Shown here piece by piece: positions 1 to 12,085 of a stretch of 64,000 nt of DNA; position 1 is the first letter of the stretch, and every line of letters begins with the position of its first letter. The DNA is taken from contig NMRA01000645.1 of assembly GCA_002633005.1 (NCBI GenBank), positions 165,516 to 229,515 of the forward strand, in the 5' to 3' direction. A program made the position numbers and the translations under genes. The stretch comes from Phoronis australis. Taxonomy: Eukaryota > Animalia > Phoronida. The notes below the pieces were generated by a model. It was not told where the DNA came from. It ran no database searches and was given only the letters and a program-made list of their open reading frames with translations.

Positions 1-175
1 AGCCACACAGCAATTACAAGTGGCGTAAATTGCCTTAGAACAAGTTACCCCACCTCTATAATGTGGAATAAATTGTCACTAGTGGGGTAAGTTGCGCTAG
101 TTTAAATAGCATCCAGACAACACTCAAGCCTAGCGACGACTTGTTCCAGGAGTAAGCTGTTCTGGGATAAGCCTG
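1..175. repeat. Interspersed repeat, second copy at about 11920-12085
   Basis: Shared aagtggcg..agaacaagttaccc...gtggggtaagttgc...ttccaggagtaa with internal inverted motifs. Confidence 0.75.
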
Positions 176-2390
176 TGTGTGATGGAACTTTACGTTCACA
201 AAGGAGGAACATTTAATTTGGGATGTGGCAATTGGATGTGGTCATATAGATATTGGGTGTCCTGCTGTGCCTCTGGGTTAACCGTTATATTGCTCAAATA
301 TGTGTTGCTTAGACGGCAACTAAATGATCCAATTCAAGGCTATTATGCCGGGTCTCAGTCAACTGAAGATTAATTGTGTCCGATTTGTATTAGATTATGT
401 CTGGATATTAGATGGATGATACTACGATCAATTCCTGGGAGTATCATTTTTTATTCCTTGCGGTCTTGGTTCTTCAAATTGTCTGTGGGGAAGCAGTAAC
501 TCAAAGTCAATTTGCTGAGAGAAAAGTTCTATCTAGTGCATCGGTTATTAATAAACTAGTCCTGCTTGGTGCGGGAGAGTATTGGAAGATCAGTCAACAC
601 AACATTATGGTAACAGTACATGTGGTAAAAATTCTGCGGCTTCTGTCAAAACCTATCTTTTGATTTTAGGTCACTCGTTGTTATCAAATCGTTCCTTGCA
701 TATTTTAGAAATGAATTCAAGTTCTGAGAACAACTGACGAGTCGTTATTTTTTTAGACCACGCCCAATAAGTTTTCTTGTGATGGTTGGTTAGTTTCAGT
801 CGCCAAGGCAGCGTAAACGTGAGTGGGGAAGTCCAGGTGATTTCTTGTAACCATTGTCAATTCAAACAACGTATAAGAACACGATGACGTTGCAGTGGAA
901 GAGTGAATATGCTTGTGAAGATAGTAGGTGTTTTTAACTCCGGCATTGATTTAGGGCAACCTATCTGGTTGTGGTAAATGTAAGAACTTCAAGACTTTTG
1001 CTGAAGTTGATGACCTGAGTTTTTTTTTTCAAAATGCGATATTCACCTTTAATTTTCATTGCTAACTTGAATGTTTCTTTAAATGTATAATTTGTCTCAA
1101 ATATGCAGCTTAATTGGGAGGATTTTCATTAATTTTAATTACATAATGAGTCTAGCATTGCGCACCAATCTCTGGTACTCATACTGTGCTGTTGGCTCAA
1201 TATCAAAATGAAATGCACAATCACTAATTTACCTTGAAAACTGAAAGTGTGCCATTTATTTCCATGCTTTATTTTCCAATTAATATGGTGTGAAACAAAC
1301 CTTGTGCAAAGCCATAACTCTCGTTTAGGTTGCGGTCAGTCTGCCTCATTCTGAAGTTCCGTCTACATGTAGTATTTCCTATACAAAAATAGAGTAATTA
1401 AAAAATATACATTTAATGAAGTTGTAAATTTTCGTTTTATTTTCATATTGCTGTAAACTGGTATGAGCATAGTAATCATACACTTATTATTTTTGTAACA
1501 ACCTAAAGTGCAGGAAATGGAAATCATTTGAAACAGCTTATCAATCAGTTCGCTACAAAAATGTCAGAAGAGGACCGAAAATTTAGTCATATTATATCTC
1601 CAAATATTGATACCCGACCTCTGGCAAATCTAATTATCGGCCATTTCAGGTCTTTCAAAGTTGGAAGCTTTTAGCAGTTTTGAACATTAATTTTTCTTTA
1701 GAGCAGTGGTCGATTGTAATAAAATTTGGTCATTTGTTTTATTATAGTCTATGACCGAGGGAATCGTATCCTAATTTTTTCCGTCAACGGTGGTTTCGGC
1801 CTTCAAATATGAAGACTTGATGGCTCATATCACATATTTGAGGGAAATCAAAAATCTTGAGACAGTGTTTCCAGAGTGTTGACATTAAGTAGCCTAAGCA
1901 CGAAGTCGCCTGCAGTTTCAAGTATCAGAAACTGAAAAAGGTCAGGGTTTGTCATGAAGAATATAGACTTGAACATATCCTGTGGAAAATGATTATCAAT
2001 CAAGTTGTTGGCAGACTCGGTCTTCAGTAACGCATTTGGTGGATTCTTCTTTCGATTATCAAGAAGTCAAAAATATCAGAACTTTGGTGTCAAATTCTGA
2101 GATACGTACATCTGTTCAAAACCTCTTAATTCATCAAAATGCATTTAAGGCAGATTGCATAATTTCTGTTTGTTTTCGTTGCCGACAATAAACATCATCA
2201 AAGACTTCAACATGCAAGTAGGCTTTTTCTGCTACCAAATGTTTTTGAAATTTATTTTCACTATGCAATGGAGAACAGAAATGTCGTCATTATAAACATA
2301 ATGGCGTTAGCAGCCTTGATGATTGTTTGTTCTAGGTCATAAGTTATTATTTAGGTTCCTCTCATTTTTGCTTCAATCTCGTTATTTCAG

Positions 2391-2471
2391 TCGTAATCTG
2401 GAAATTCTTCTTGACGACAACGAGACGACGCGAAAGAACAAAGTGAGGCACTACTATAGCGATGTCGTAAC
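2391..2471 (+). CDS. SCHIP1: IQCJ-SCHIP1 upstream coding exon (81 nt, phase 2/2): RNLEILLDDNETTRKNKVRHYYSDVV(T)
   Basis: Acceptor gttatttcag and donor ac|gtaagt. Stop-free, and joins in frame to the IQ motif in the next exon (ac|a = Thr). Confidence 0.75.
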
Positions 2472-2940
2472 GTAAGTATGGATATCTGTGATCAAAGACA
2501 CTCGCATTAAATTGCACAAAGTGGTATCTCTTTGCACCAGCCACATCTTGCATCAACTAATCCCTTATGATTTAGTTCATCCAAGAATTGCACAAACGCT
2601 CGCTGGAAGATCCCTGTTTCTGAGCAGTCTGTGATGATTAGAAATGCAGCCGAATGCGTCTTTGAGAGATTTCTTCTCAGATAGATTCGGTGGATAAATT
2701 ACTAATGGAAACTTGATAAATATGGATTTATATATTTGCCTGCAATTTACATGCCTTAAAGCAATGCTTTTAGTGTCAGGGAAATAAGCCACTGACGTCT
2801 GATCTCTCTTTAGCTGCCAGATTCTGTCAAGAATACGTTGGTACAAGCTGTGAGTCCTGAGATGGAGAAGGCGAAATTGTTTTCACGAACATATATTTGT
2901 TGACCATTAATGATGTTTTCATTGTTCTTTGATTCTCCAG

Positions 2941-3886
2941 AATTCAGCGAGCGTGGAGAGCCTACAAACGACGTCAGTCACAGCATGACTTGGACATGCT
3001 TCAACGATTAGACTCGGGTATTGACGAGAAAATGTCTAGCTCAACGACTGCAGATAGTTTATTGAGTTCACGGGAGGCCTGGGGTGAAGACATGCCCCTA
3101 TTGGCGACATCTGTTGAATTCAGTGAAGGTTATGATGAAGACAAAGACACTGACGACACAGTCGGACACAGTAACAGTAAAATGCCAAATGTCCCGCTGT
3201 TGGCATTGGTCAATAAAAAGGCACCAGACTCAGAGTGCGAATCTGATTACTCTGAGGTGTCTGAACCAGTGAGAGATAATTTGATTCATGATCACATCCA
3301 TAACAAACAGGTCGTGGACGTAGATAGTTCACCGCGTCACCTGTCACCAAGTGCAGACGAAACCGAAGAAGAGTTTGCAAAGCGTGTTCGCAAAATGAAC
3401 TTCCTCAGCTTGGCGCAAGAATTTGCCGAGTTGAAGAAAGTGACCCCTGATGCCCTGCCCTTTGACCTTCATAAGGGCAAGGACGCAAGTCCAAGTAGTG
3501 AAAGCAGTGGTTCAGCATCGTCAAGACAGTCGGCATCAGTCACACCATGTGACATGGATAAACCAATCACTGGAGTCAATACCACTGACAGTAGACCAAA
3601 CACAGTGAAGCAAGCATGGGCAAAAGAAGCCAGTGCTAACAAATCTGCTTGTGGTGATTTAATAGATTTTGATTCAGATTGCTCACATGGTGTGAAAAAA
3701 ACCACAAGACTAGGCACGGAACTTAGCAGTGCCGCTCAAGACATGGCTTCTAAATTTGAAAGTGCCAAACTAGAGAGCTTGGATCAGTTTGACGTGTACA
3801 ATGTGGAAACTGCGCTACCCAAGATGGATTGGAAAGCACTGGAAGTACAGCTGTTGCGTGCTGCGGAGGAAGAGGAGAATAGGAAG
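2941..3886 (+). CDS. SCHIP1: IQCJ-SCHIP1 large exon: IQ motif IQRAWRAYKRR, Ser/acidic region, SCHIP1 motif PKMDWKALEVQL
   Basis: Acceptor gattctccag at 2940, donor aag|gtaaga at 3887. 315 open codons from 2942 (ORF 2990..3937). MDWxALE and SVTPC motifs are shared with vertebrate SCHIP1. Confidence 0.9.
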
Positions 3887-4676
3887 GTAAGAGTTGTCCC
3901 TATTATTTTGTCTTGCCCGGTGAAGATAGGGTGCTAAATTATCTAGGGTCATTCTGTAACCTAGCAAGATACCAGCAAGTGAAAGTTTATGATATCGTGG
4001 GTTTTGTTAATAATGCATGTCGATGTATTGCTAAGACTTGCGTAGTCCTGCCAAATTTGCAACTGACCTTATGGAACGTTACTTCGTAACTCTGGAACTT
4101 CAAGAGATGCTGTGAGACGTCTAAGTGGTTTGAATGGAAACAGTAAATTTTTTCTCCCATAATTCAGTATTCCAGCCTTGTCACCATTCTCTTCAGTGGC
4201 AAATATTTTGCTAGAGTCCGCATTAAACATGCCCCAGGTACTCGTGGACACTTGCCTTTCACTCACATGATGTTGAGAAGATGTGCGTGATCTTGTAAAG
4301 ATCTGCGTGATGTTGCGAAGACCTGCATGATCTTGCAAAACTTGCTGTTGGAGTTGGAAACTGTCGGTGACATTTGCCTCCTTTTCCAAGTAGGTTGCCT
4401 CATTTAGGTACGGAAGATGAAAACCTTTGTTTGGAACAATGTAACCTGTAGTTGTGCTCAGTGAGTCTAGGAGGTGCCAATGCTTTTGCCAGAATGAGCA
4501 CTTTTCCTGACAGAAATCCAAAAGTTAAGCACGTATAGCACAGAGGATTACTTGTTCAGTTACCAGTAAAAGAAATGGAAATTCACTTGGGCTTTTAAGC
4601 TCATTATCAGTCTGAATTTTAGCTAAAAGTACCCCAGATACGAAGTCAGTTGTTTAGGCACTTGATTTGTTGCAAA

Positions 4677-4693
4677 ATGTGGAAACCACACAG
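4677..4693 (+). CDS. Candidate alternative first coding exon A1 of SCHIP1 (MWKPH, phase 2)
   Basis: aaaATG start and strong donor cag|gtaaga. In frame with candidate exon 10108-10162. Confidence 0.3.
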
Positions 4694-7120
4694 GTAAGAT
4701 TGTGAATGTGTGGCCACTAGATAACGGTGTAACTGATTTATCCTTGAGCCACCATTCTTCCCGAGCTTCTGAGTACATTTGTACCAGAAGTTGGGGGTGA
4801 TGCAGAGTAGCTGACAACTGGGGAAACTCAGAACAAAAAGTGTTTCCTGATATAGTCAAAAGGTGTCATTAGCTGTTGTATCGTGATGAATTCCCCATTC
4901 AATACTGGATCACATATACCTTTGAAAATCACCATGTATCTTATGTCAATCTGACAATTGACATTAATGTTTACATTTTTCATTAGGAAATGTTTAAGCA
5001 TGCATTCGTGTAGTTTTGACGAGTCGGTAAACCAGAATCCATGATGATCTTAGACGAATGGCCATGGAGCTCTTTGCATATATGGTATCAGTGACTGAAA
5101 TCTAAAATTTATTTTTTCATTCGCTCAACCCATTTTCTGATGCCCTCGTTATAATTACCATGGTCTAACATAACAACTGTTGTGTTGAGATATTTGTCCT
5201 GTATTTTGAAAGTTTGTACGCGTTCACATATTTCAATTAGAAATTGAAAATGGAAAAAGGTAGACCTGACTTTCGAGCAATTCTCAAACTCAGAAATGCA
5301 AATTGCTTGTTGTATGGAATGAAGCAATATCTCTGAGATTTTCAATCAGCGTCGTATTTTGGATAGGGCTTAGAACATTTTCAGAACTGCGATAATTATC
5401 TGCAAAAAACTTACATGACAATTACAGTGCAGGGCAGACAACTTTTCTTGGAAACTATGCTTATGCAATAAATAGTAGAATGCCACTGCTCATCGGGTTT
5501 TCATTTGTCGAAAGAAAGGTCACTGACTTAATTTCGAAAAATTATTACCTTTCGTAGTTCAAACAGATGAATATGGAGTCATTTAGAAAGAAAATACATT
5601 TATGTTTAATGTTTCTGCGTTGTATACTGTTCATGAAAATATTCTTAGTCCACCGTGACGACTCTGTCAATTGAACTAGACAAAATATGAGGTCAATTTT
5701 AAGTAGGAATTTGAGAAATCAGACAAACAATTTGTGCCTTACGTGATAGTTGAGTTAAGCACAGTCATATTGTGTTAAGCTGTGGCATTACAAGGTTTAA
5801 TGGAGAATGAACTGTAATCATGCATTTGTAACCCAAACAAGCTGACCTACCTTCCGCATTTAGAAAATACAGTGTGATGTGGCCACGCCATGTTGTCAAT
5901 CGTATCCAAAACCGCGATGTTAAAGCAAGAATCGGTTTTGCATTCTTGGTAGCAAAGAGCACATAGCTTTATGGTAAAATAGAACTGTTGACATGATCGG
6001 GATAATTGTCCGTGCACGTTCATTATAAAATACCATGAGGTTTTAGCTCTGAGAGTTAAGTCGTCAATGATGAAGGGCGACGTATGAAGCTGCTAGTTTT
6101 AGGGTTCCCCGTCCATTTCGGTCAATGCAATGGAACTCGATATTCACGTAGAACTCATATCTGAAGATAATGAAAATTAAAAGCATGAAAATTTTGAAAC
6201 ATCCAGTTGAGAAAACAGATCAAATTTGAGTCTAATACTGGAATAAAAATTTACAAAAATTAGCGACATTGTGTCAGTAAGTTCAAGTGGGTTAAAGCAT
6301 TCAGAATAGAATGTATTTGTAACTTCTTTTCTTGCTTTTCATCTTACACAAGCATTTATGAAAGCAAAATTTCAACTGGGAACAGGACGAAAATTGAAAA
6401 ACGGTGCCACCAGTGGTTATTTTAGGAGCTATTTTTGTGATCTGGATTCCCTGGTTTCAACCTGAATATTCAAATTTGACATGGGATGTTAAGGTCAACG
6501 TATTAATCGAACTAATCTTTTTTTCTCAAACTATCCATCGTTCACTGACCTTGTAATTAAGGGACTGCAGTGTACTTTGAAAATGCATATTTATCCAATC
6601 AGCAGAGAAAACAACCAAGCATAAAACTTGACAAGCTTAGTCTGAGTATATGAAGGCATTGTCATTCATTTCTAAAGGTGCTTTCCCATTAGGGCAACTT
6701 TACTCTACTGAGGCTTCGCCAAAACTTTGCTTACCTTTCCCACTAAACACTGACATCAGAGTTATCGTTATGACAAAAAAATAGCGCTGTTCATTCGTAC
6801 CAATATCTGTACATTCATATTTATTTAGGTGCGTCTATTGAGAGCATATCGGTGATGCCACAATAACAAAGAATATAATGTTTTGCGGGGTATCTCACGG
6901 ATGTTATTAGATTTACTTGGCAACCAACCAAGCCACTCTGATGGTTTGGTTTTATCATTCCACCAACATTTGGGGCAGCTGCTGGTTGTTGGATGGCAAC
7001 CAATCAACTCCATTTGATCGCCTCTTCACTTGGCCACCAGGTGGGGCAGTGTAAAGCAGTCAGAGAGAATGACAGTGAGTTACTTGGTTGCCATCTAACA
7101 ACCAATAGCTCCTCTATCTG

Positions 7121-7652
7121 ACGCGTGTTCAACAGAGTGAGCGCCCGCTAGCGTGTACTCGCGAATATAAAGAACAGCTCCTGAACAGCTGTGAGCGCTC
7201 ACTGTGTCACAGTGATCCAGTATGGCGACTCTGAAGCAGATTGTGTTGAACGTCTTAGCCAATGAGCTTAACATCCTTCCTATGGCGTACTGAGCGAGGA
7301 CTATTATGAATCTATGCCAATATTAATATCAGCAGCCCAAGACAACAACCGTGAAGGCCTTGGAATGACAAGAATTGAAAATTACTTCGAGGAAACTGTT
7401 CCTCGCTGCAGCGACTCGCAATTTAAGTCGCACTTTCGGATGAGTCGGTCAACTTTTGAGGTTAGTTTTCGTGTTGCAGAACCATAATGGGCTCATATGT
7501 TGCAGATGTGATCGCAGGACGCCATCTTGGAAATCTAAGCGAACATGCTCTCTAGGTCATTTGCGAACGCTCGCGAGCGCTAACGTAAACACAGCTGTTC
7601 AGAACGAGGGCGCTCAAATCGCTCGCGGGCGCTCACTCTATTGAACACGCTT
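7121..7652 (+). mobile_element. Non-autonomous PIF/Harbinger element carrying the first exon of its transposase
   Basis: About 30-bp TIRs GCGTGTTCAAYAGAGTGAGCGCCCGC and CTG target duplication. Internal frame RIENYFEETVPRCSDSQFKSHFRMSRSTFE|gttagt (7365-7460) has the Harbinger FRM motif. Confidence 0.85.
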
Positions 7653-8600
7653 CTGGTGTCAAATCTAAAACAACCCAATACATACTCCATCTGGTGGCCG
7701 TTTGTTAAATGAAGCATGAGTGAGGTGTACACCTAACCAGTTGGTTGACATCCATGTAAGATTATGTCATGTATGAATCTTTGAAAACTTTGACGGCTTG
7801 TTTTTAATTGGATGTTTGTTTTACGAAATATAAACTTATTCTGAAAATGATAATGCTGACCATGGGACATCAAGGTCAAGGTGTTTAAACTCCGTTAATG
7901 AATGACGTCCCTTATTCTTCTCACTTCAGCACTGTAATATTGTCGAAACTTGAAATAAAAAATGCTTGGTGTGATAAACCAATTATTTGCTAATGGATTT
8001 AATTTCTTTATTTGCACACCTATGAAGTGTAACAACCATTGATACAAGAAGTAATTATTTAGACCTTTGTGCTATACTGATATTGACATAGGTAACAATT
8101 TTTCTAATGTCAGTCATGCTGGTGAATGTACAGATATACTGTATGCTTTTTCAACTGCATGTGTACAATTCTTTGTAAGGCTTCTAACCAGCTGTACGTT
8201 AGTGGGTACAGTACACTCAGATATTAATTACTTAATAATGCTTTCTGGTAATTTGTAGGCTAAACCTCATTTGGTGTAACTAATTGTGTTAATACACAAT
8301 AAAAAACAGATGTAAAACTGAGGGCAGGTATCATATGCAGGATTTTGTCATTGCCTCTTTTGAGAATTTTCAGTTAAGCGCCCACTCCTCAGGCTAACAC
8401 CCACCAGAGTGAATTCATTTTCAAAACAGAATGGTGTGCTTTCAATGCGGAAACCAGACCAATTTCAAGTCACACTTGTAGTTTGCTGTCATGTCAGGGT
8501 CATTGTATTCTGTTAGCATCTTTTATTGTGCCTTAAAAATGGCTGCGTAGTTGAAAGAGACACAAGGGACTATACTCATCCTCCAACTTTCATTGTACGG

Positions 8601-8948
8601 CAGGCCTTTATGCAGCGTAAGTCCTGGGCGTCCAAATGGACTCCCTAGCACTAATATGGACGCCCTTGTAAGGTCGCCCAATGTATTATTTGGACACCCA
8701 CTATCAATAGGAACCTTTCAAGTTTGGACACACACATTGTAATGAATACTAGGAAGCCTCTGAAGGGTCACAGTGGGGGCTGTTTTTTCAAAGCAGGAAG
8801 ACATATACAATGTATATGCAAAATATATACAATGTTGCNGGGGGGATTGCTGGGGGTGGGGGGGTTATGCGTCGGAATCATGGATGCCTTGGAATATTGG
8901 GAACCCCATTTTGGACACCCTATTTTTGAAATCCTGGATAAAGGCCTG
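8601..8948. mobile_element. hAT-type MITE
   Basis: TIR CAGGCCTTTAT(G/C)CAG and 8-bp TSD ttgtacgg/ttgtatgg. Related degenerate copy at about 15900-16160. Confidence 0.8.
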
Positions 8949-10107
8949 TTGTATGGTACAACAGTTTTTTTTAAAGAATTTGCCTTTTTTAGAAGTTATA
9001 GATCCAAATCCCAGATTTGTTTGCCTGTGACAGCTTTATGACTCTAGTGACATTCATGGCAGGTTCACGAAAGTCATAAGATTTCTTCTTGTGAAATTTG
9101 AACTGCATCATTCCCACATAGCATGACTGGAACAATCATAGTTGCAAAATTTTGACTAACGGAGGGAGTTTGTTCTTCGATTTATCTAAATTTGTGTCTT
9201 CAACGACTTTCATGGTATATGGCAGGTCAGTCTTAGAAAAGCAGTGGGTATTTTTTCAACTTATACAGTTGTCGTCTAGAGAGCACACTTAGAACTTTGA
9301 ACTTTGGCAACAATCCTTGCGACTGGCTATATGGACTTCAACTTTGAATAGGTGGCCAGGGCGATTGTCTTGCTTGGGTTTATCGCTCTTATTGGAGTAA
9401 ATATTCACCCCCCAATTCTTGAAATTTCCGATTTAAGCATTCATCTTTGGGTTGATGCTCGGACACCTTGTTTCCAAGCTAGCTCACTGCCTGGGGCATT
9501 AACCAGAGTGTTTACTGTAGCTAATTAATAATTCCTCATGGCGTTGGTTAGCTGTGAACATTTTCTCATTTGACTCAATTTATAGTTGAGTTACCATTTT
9601 AAACTTAAAAGAATAAATCCTTTTTTGCTCAAATTCAAATCTTTTCATAACACCAACCATTACATCTTTGATAGCCTTCACCTATGGGAATTTACGGCAG
9701 CCGGCATGCAATTAAATATCTTTAATCCTATCAGATCAAATGAGCTCTAATATTCTCTTGGCCTTCCCACCATAGGTGATTATTCCTTTTTGTCCAAAGA
9801 TCGAAAATCCTATTATAAACATCTGCATCTTGCTGTAATTTCATGTTCTACACTGACTAATGAGGAAGATGCTGGCGATTCATGCCCTGGATTACCTGTA
9901 GTAAAGTGTCTTGAAATTTGAACAAAAATAATTGACTACTTTGTCATGGTTACATTTTCCAAACGCGTGTAATGTTTGCAAAAAATGCTCAGAATTTCGC
10001 CCTGTGTTTTTTGCGGTATAGAAGGTGTAAAATATAGAATACAATTCTTACTGTATTTTTGGGATAAGATTTATTTATTAGTGAAATAAAATTTCTCTTT
10101 TGTGCAG

Positions 10108-10162
10108 TATGGTGTTCAAAGTTGAAGATGCTATGCTACATAACAATCCCGCTTCGGATCCG
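10108..10162 (+). CDS. Candidate alternative SCHIP1 exon A2 (phase 2/0): MVFKVEDAMLHNNPASDP
   Basis: Acceptor atttctcttttgtgcag, donor ccg|gtaggc. Stop-free and in frame with exon 30887. Confidence 0.45.
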
Positions 10163-11127
10163 GTAGGCATGTACTGCTGAGTTCGTGGGTGCGAAAGAAC
10201 CAGCTTGTACTGATTCCTGTTTCTATATGATTGTAACTCGTGATTTCATTGACTTTTGGTAATTTCAATATCATGCGTGTATATGCTATTGCAATTACAG
10301 CAGACTGATTCATGAAATGATTATTTGAAAAATTAAATTAACGCTATTTGTTATAACTGTTATTCATAATTATGTACCTGTAAAATCTTACCAATTTCAG
10401 AAAAAAATGTTAAAGGTGTTTTTCTTCCATTTTTCAAAAGCTCATTATGATGAATGCACTCAGTTTTTCAAAATTTTTGTCGATGGTATCCTTGAAGTTA
10501 AGATTAATAAAACCTTTATTTTGTGCTAATTATCTTTTATAAAAGAATGAAAAAAATAAAGTTTGAATCGTGTGTTGCATTGTGTTCCAAATTGGTGAAC
10601 TCTTCTTATAATGGAAAGAAATTGTTGATGTTCTCAGTATCTCAACTTGCTTGTCATGTTGACCTCTCCCTCAATTGTCACCACCAAGAAATGTTAATGG
10701 CCTTGTGCAATTTATTATTCAATAGTTATCAAGCAGTAGTGACTACCTACTGGATATCATTCCTAGACACATCATTCCTAGACAGGACATATTAGAAATT
10801 TGCCCGCTTAACAACTTTTAAGCATTTCAAAACCCCACTTACATTTCCTAATTCGTTTTCCAATATCCTTTAGCAAATTACCGTGACTCGGTCGACATTA
10901 TTAATTGAAGGCTCTTTTTCCTGTCGTCTTAGATCTATTGGCAATGTTCGTTGGCTAATGTGTGCCTGTTGTCATCTACAAAGGTGTAGTGAACTGTCAT
11001 GGTTACTCTGATGCTGCTTGAATCCAGGGATTTGTTTCGCGAAAAGTGACTTAAGACTTTTGTCAGAGATTTGATCTTGCCCTTGACTCGACTATTTCTG
11101 TAAAACAATTAAATGTCATTTCAGTAA

Positions 11128-11265
11128 AAGTGCAGTCTCTGAGAATATACAACTAGTTACTGTGGTAATTTCTGTTATTATACCTGGACTCTGATGCACT
11201 CATAGTTACTTGGTTAATTAGTCCGTTTTCAGCAACTGTGAAGTGTATGACCAAAATTCTGTTGA
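11128..11265 (+). repeat. Interspersed repeat, second copy at about 53636-53760
   Basis: Shared agtctctgagaatata...gact.tgatgcac...acttgg.taa...ttcagca..tgtgaa. Confidence 0.6.
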
Positions 11266-11512
11266 AGTCTGAAGTAACTTTGAGGGTCCTGTTTCATGAA
11301 AAATGACACAAGATTAAAGTGAAAGATTTGATCTTATGATCTACACATTTATCTCTGGAAAATAACTAAATCTCATTTGCGCAAAAGTCCAAACTTCCAG
11401 GTAGTGAAATAATTTCTTTGATTTAGTTCGGTTGTGACACTTTCATAATTACTTGGCTAAACATTTTGTCACCAATTGTATAGTGGGAGTTTTAGACCAA
11501 ATTTCTGTCTTA

Positions 11513-11900
11513 AGGCCCTTTCGTACTAACTTAACTCTGGTATGACCGGAACGTCAGCATAAACTGCGAATCATTCATACCAGCTTCGGTTGTTAACAGC
11601 ATCAAAGTAAACAGTAGGTGTCGTCATCGAATAATTGGGAAGTACCTTTGATGCATCCCGTGTACGCTAAGATTTTTTAAATGGGACAATTTGGGAAAAT
11701 TTACGTGTGCTTATCGACAAAAAACTTAATAATTCGATTGGTGATTATTCAAGCAACAATAAGCGAGGACACTGCCCTTTGATTATTGATGATAGCAGTG
11801 ACCTCTGGCGATAACTGGCATGACATTGAACACCTTATGCGAATACGCGCCGCGCAAGAGAAAACCGGTCTGAATGTAACCACAGCTGATAAATACTTCT
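11513..11900 (-). mobile_element. Reverse-oriented 3' part of the 42579-43103 MITE family
   Basis: Starts with the TIR aggccctttcgtactaac. 11620-11815 is the reverse complement of about 42785-43005. Confidence 0.7.
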
Positions 11901-11919
11901 GCCTTGACCCAGGTTTGTG

Positions 11920-12085
11920 GCCACATAGGAATTAGAAGTGGCGCAAGTTACCCTAGAACAAGTTACCCAACCTCGATAAGGTGGAGTAAGTTGTCACAAG
12001 TGGGGTAAGTTGCACGTGTTTAGCATCCATACAGTTCTCAAACCTTGTGAGAATTCGTTCCAGGAGTAACTGTGTCTGTGTTTGG
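11920..12085. repeat. Interspersed repeat, same family as 1-175
   Basis: Alignable by eye over about 160 bp. Confidence 0.75.

Noticed and set aside
884-927. Possible first coding exon of the long isoform (MTLQWKSEYACEDS, phase 2) after an Inr-like TCAGT at about 796
   Set aside because: In frame with exon 2391, but the donor ag|gtgttt is weak and there is no homology support. The true start may lie upstream of the window.
4069-4521. 150-aa minus-strand ORF in the SCHIP1 intron
   Set aside because: Non-ATG start, no recognisable motif and no splice support. Probably chance.
4658-4693. 36-nt phase-0/0 cassette exon (ALDLLQNVETTQ) using donor 4693
   Set aside because: The acceptor has a poor pyrimidine tract. 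It cannot be distinguished from the first-exon reading without RNA data.
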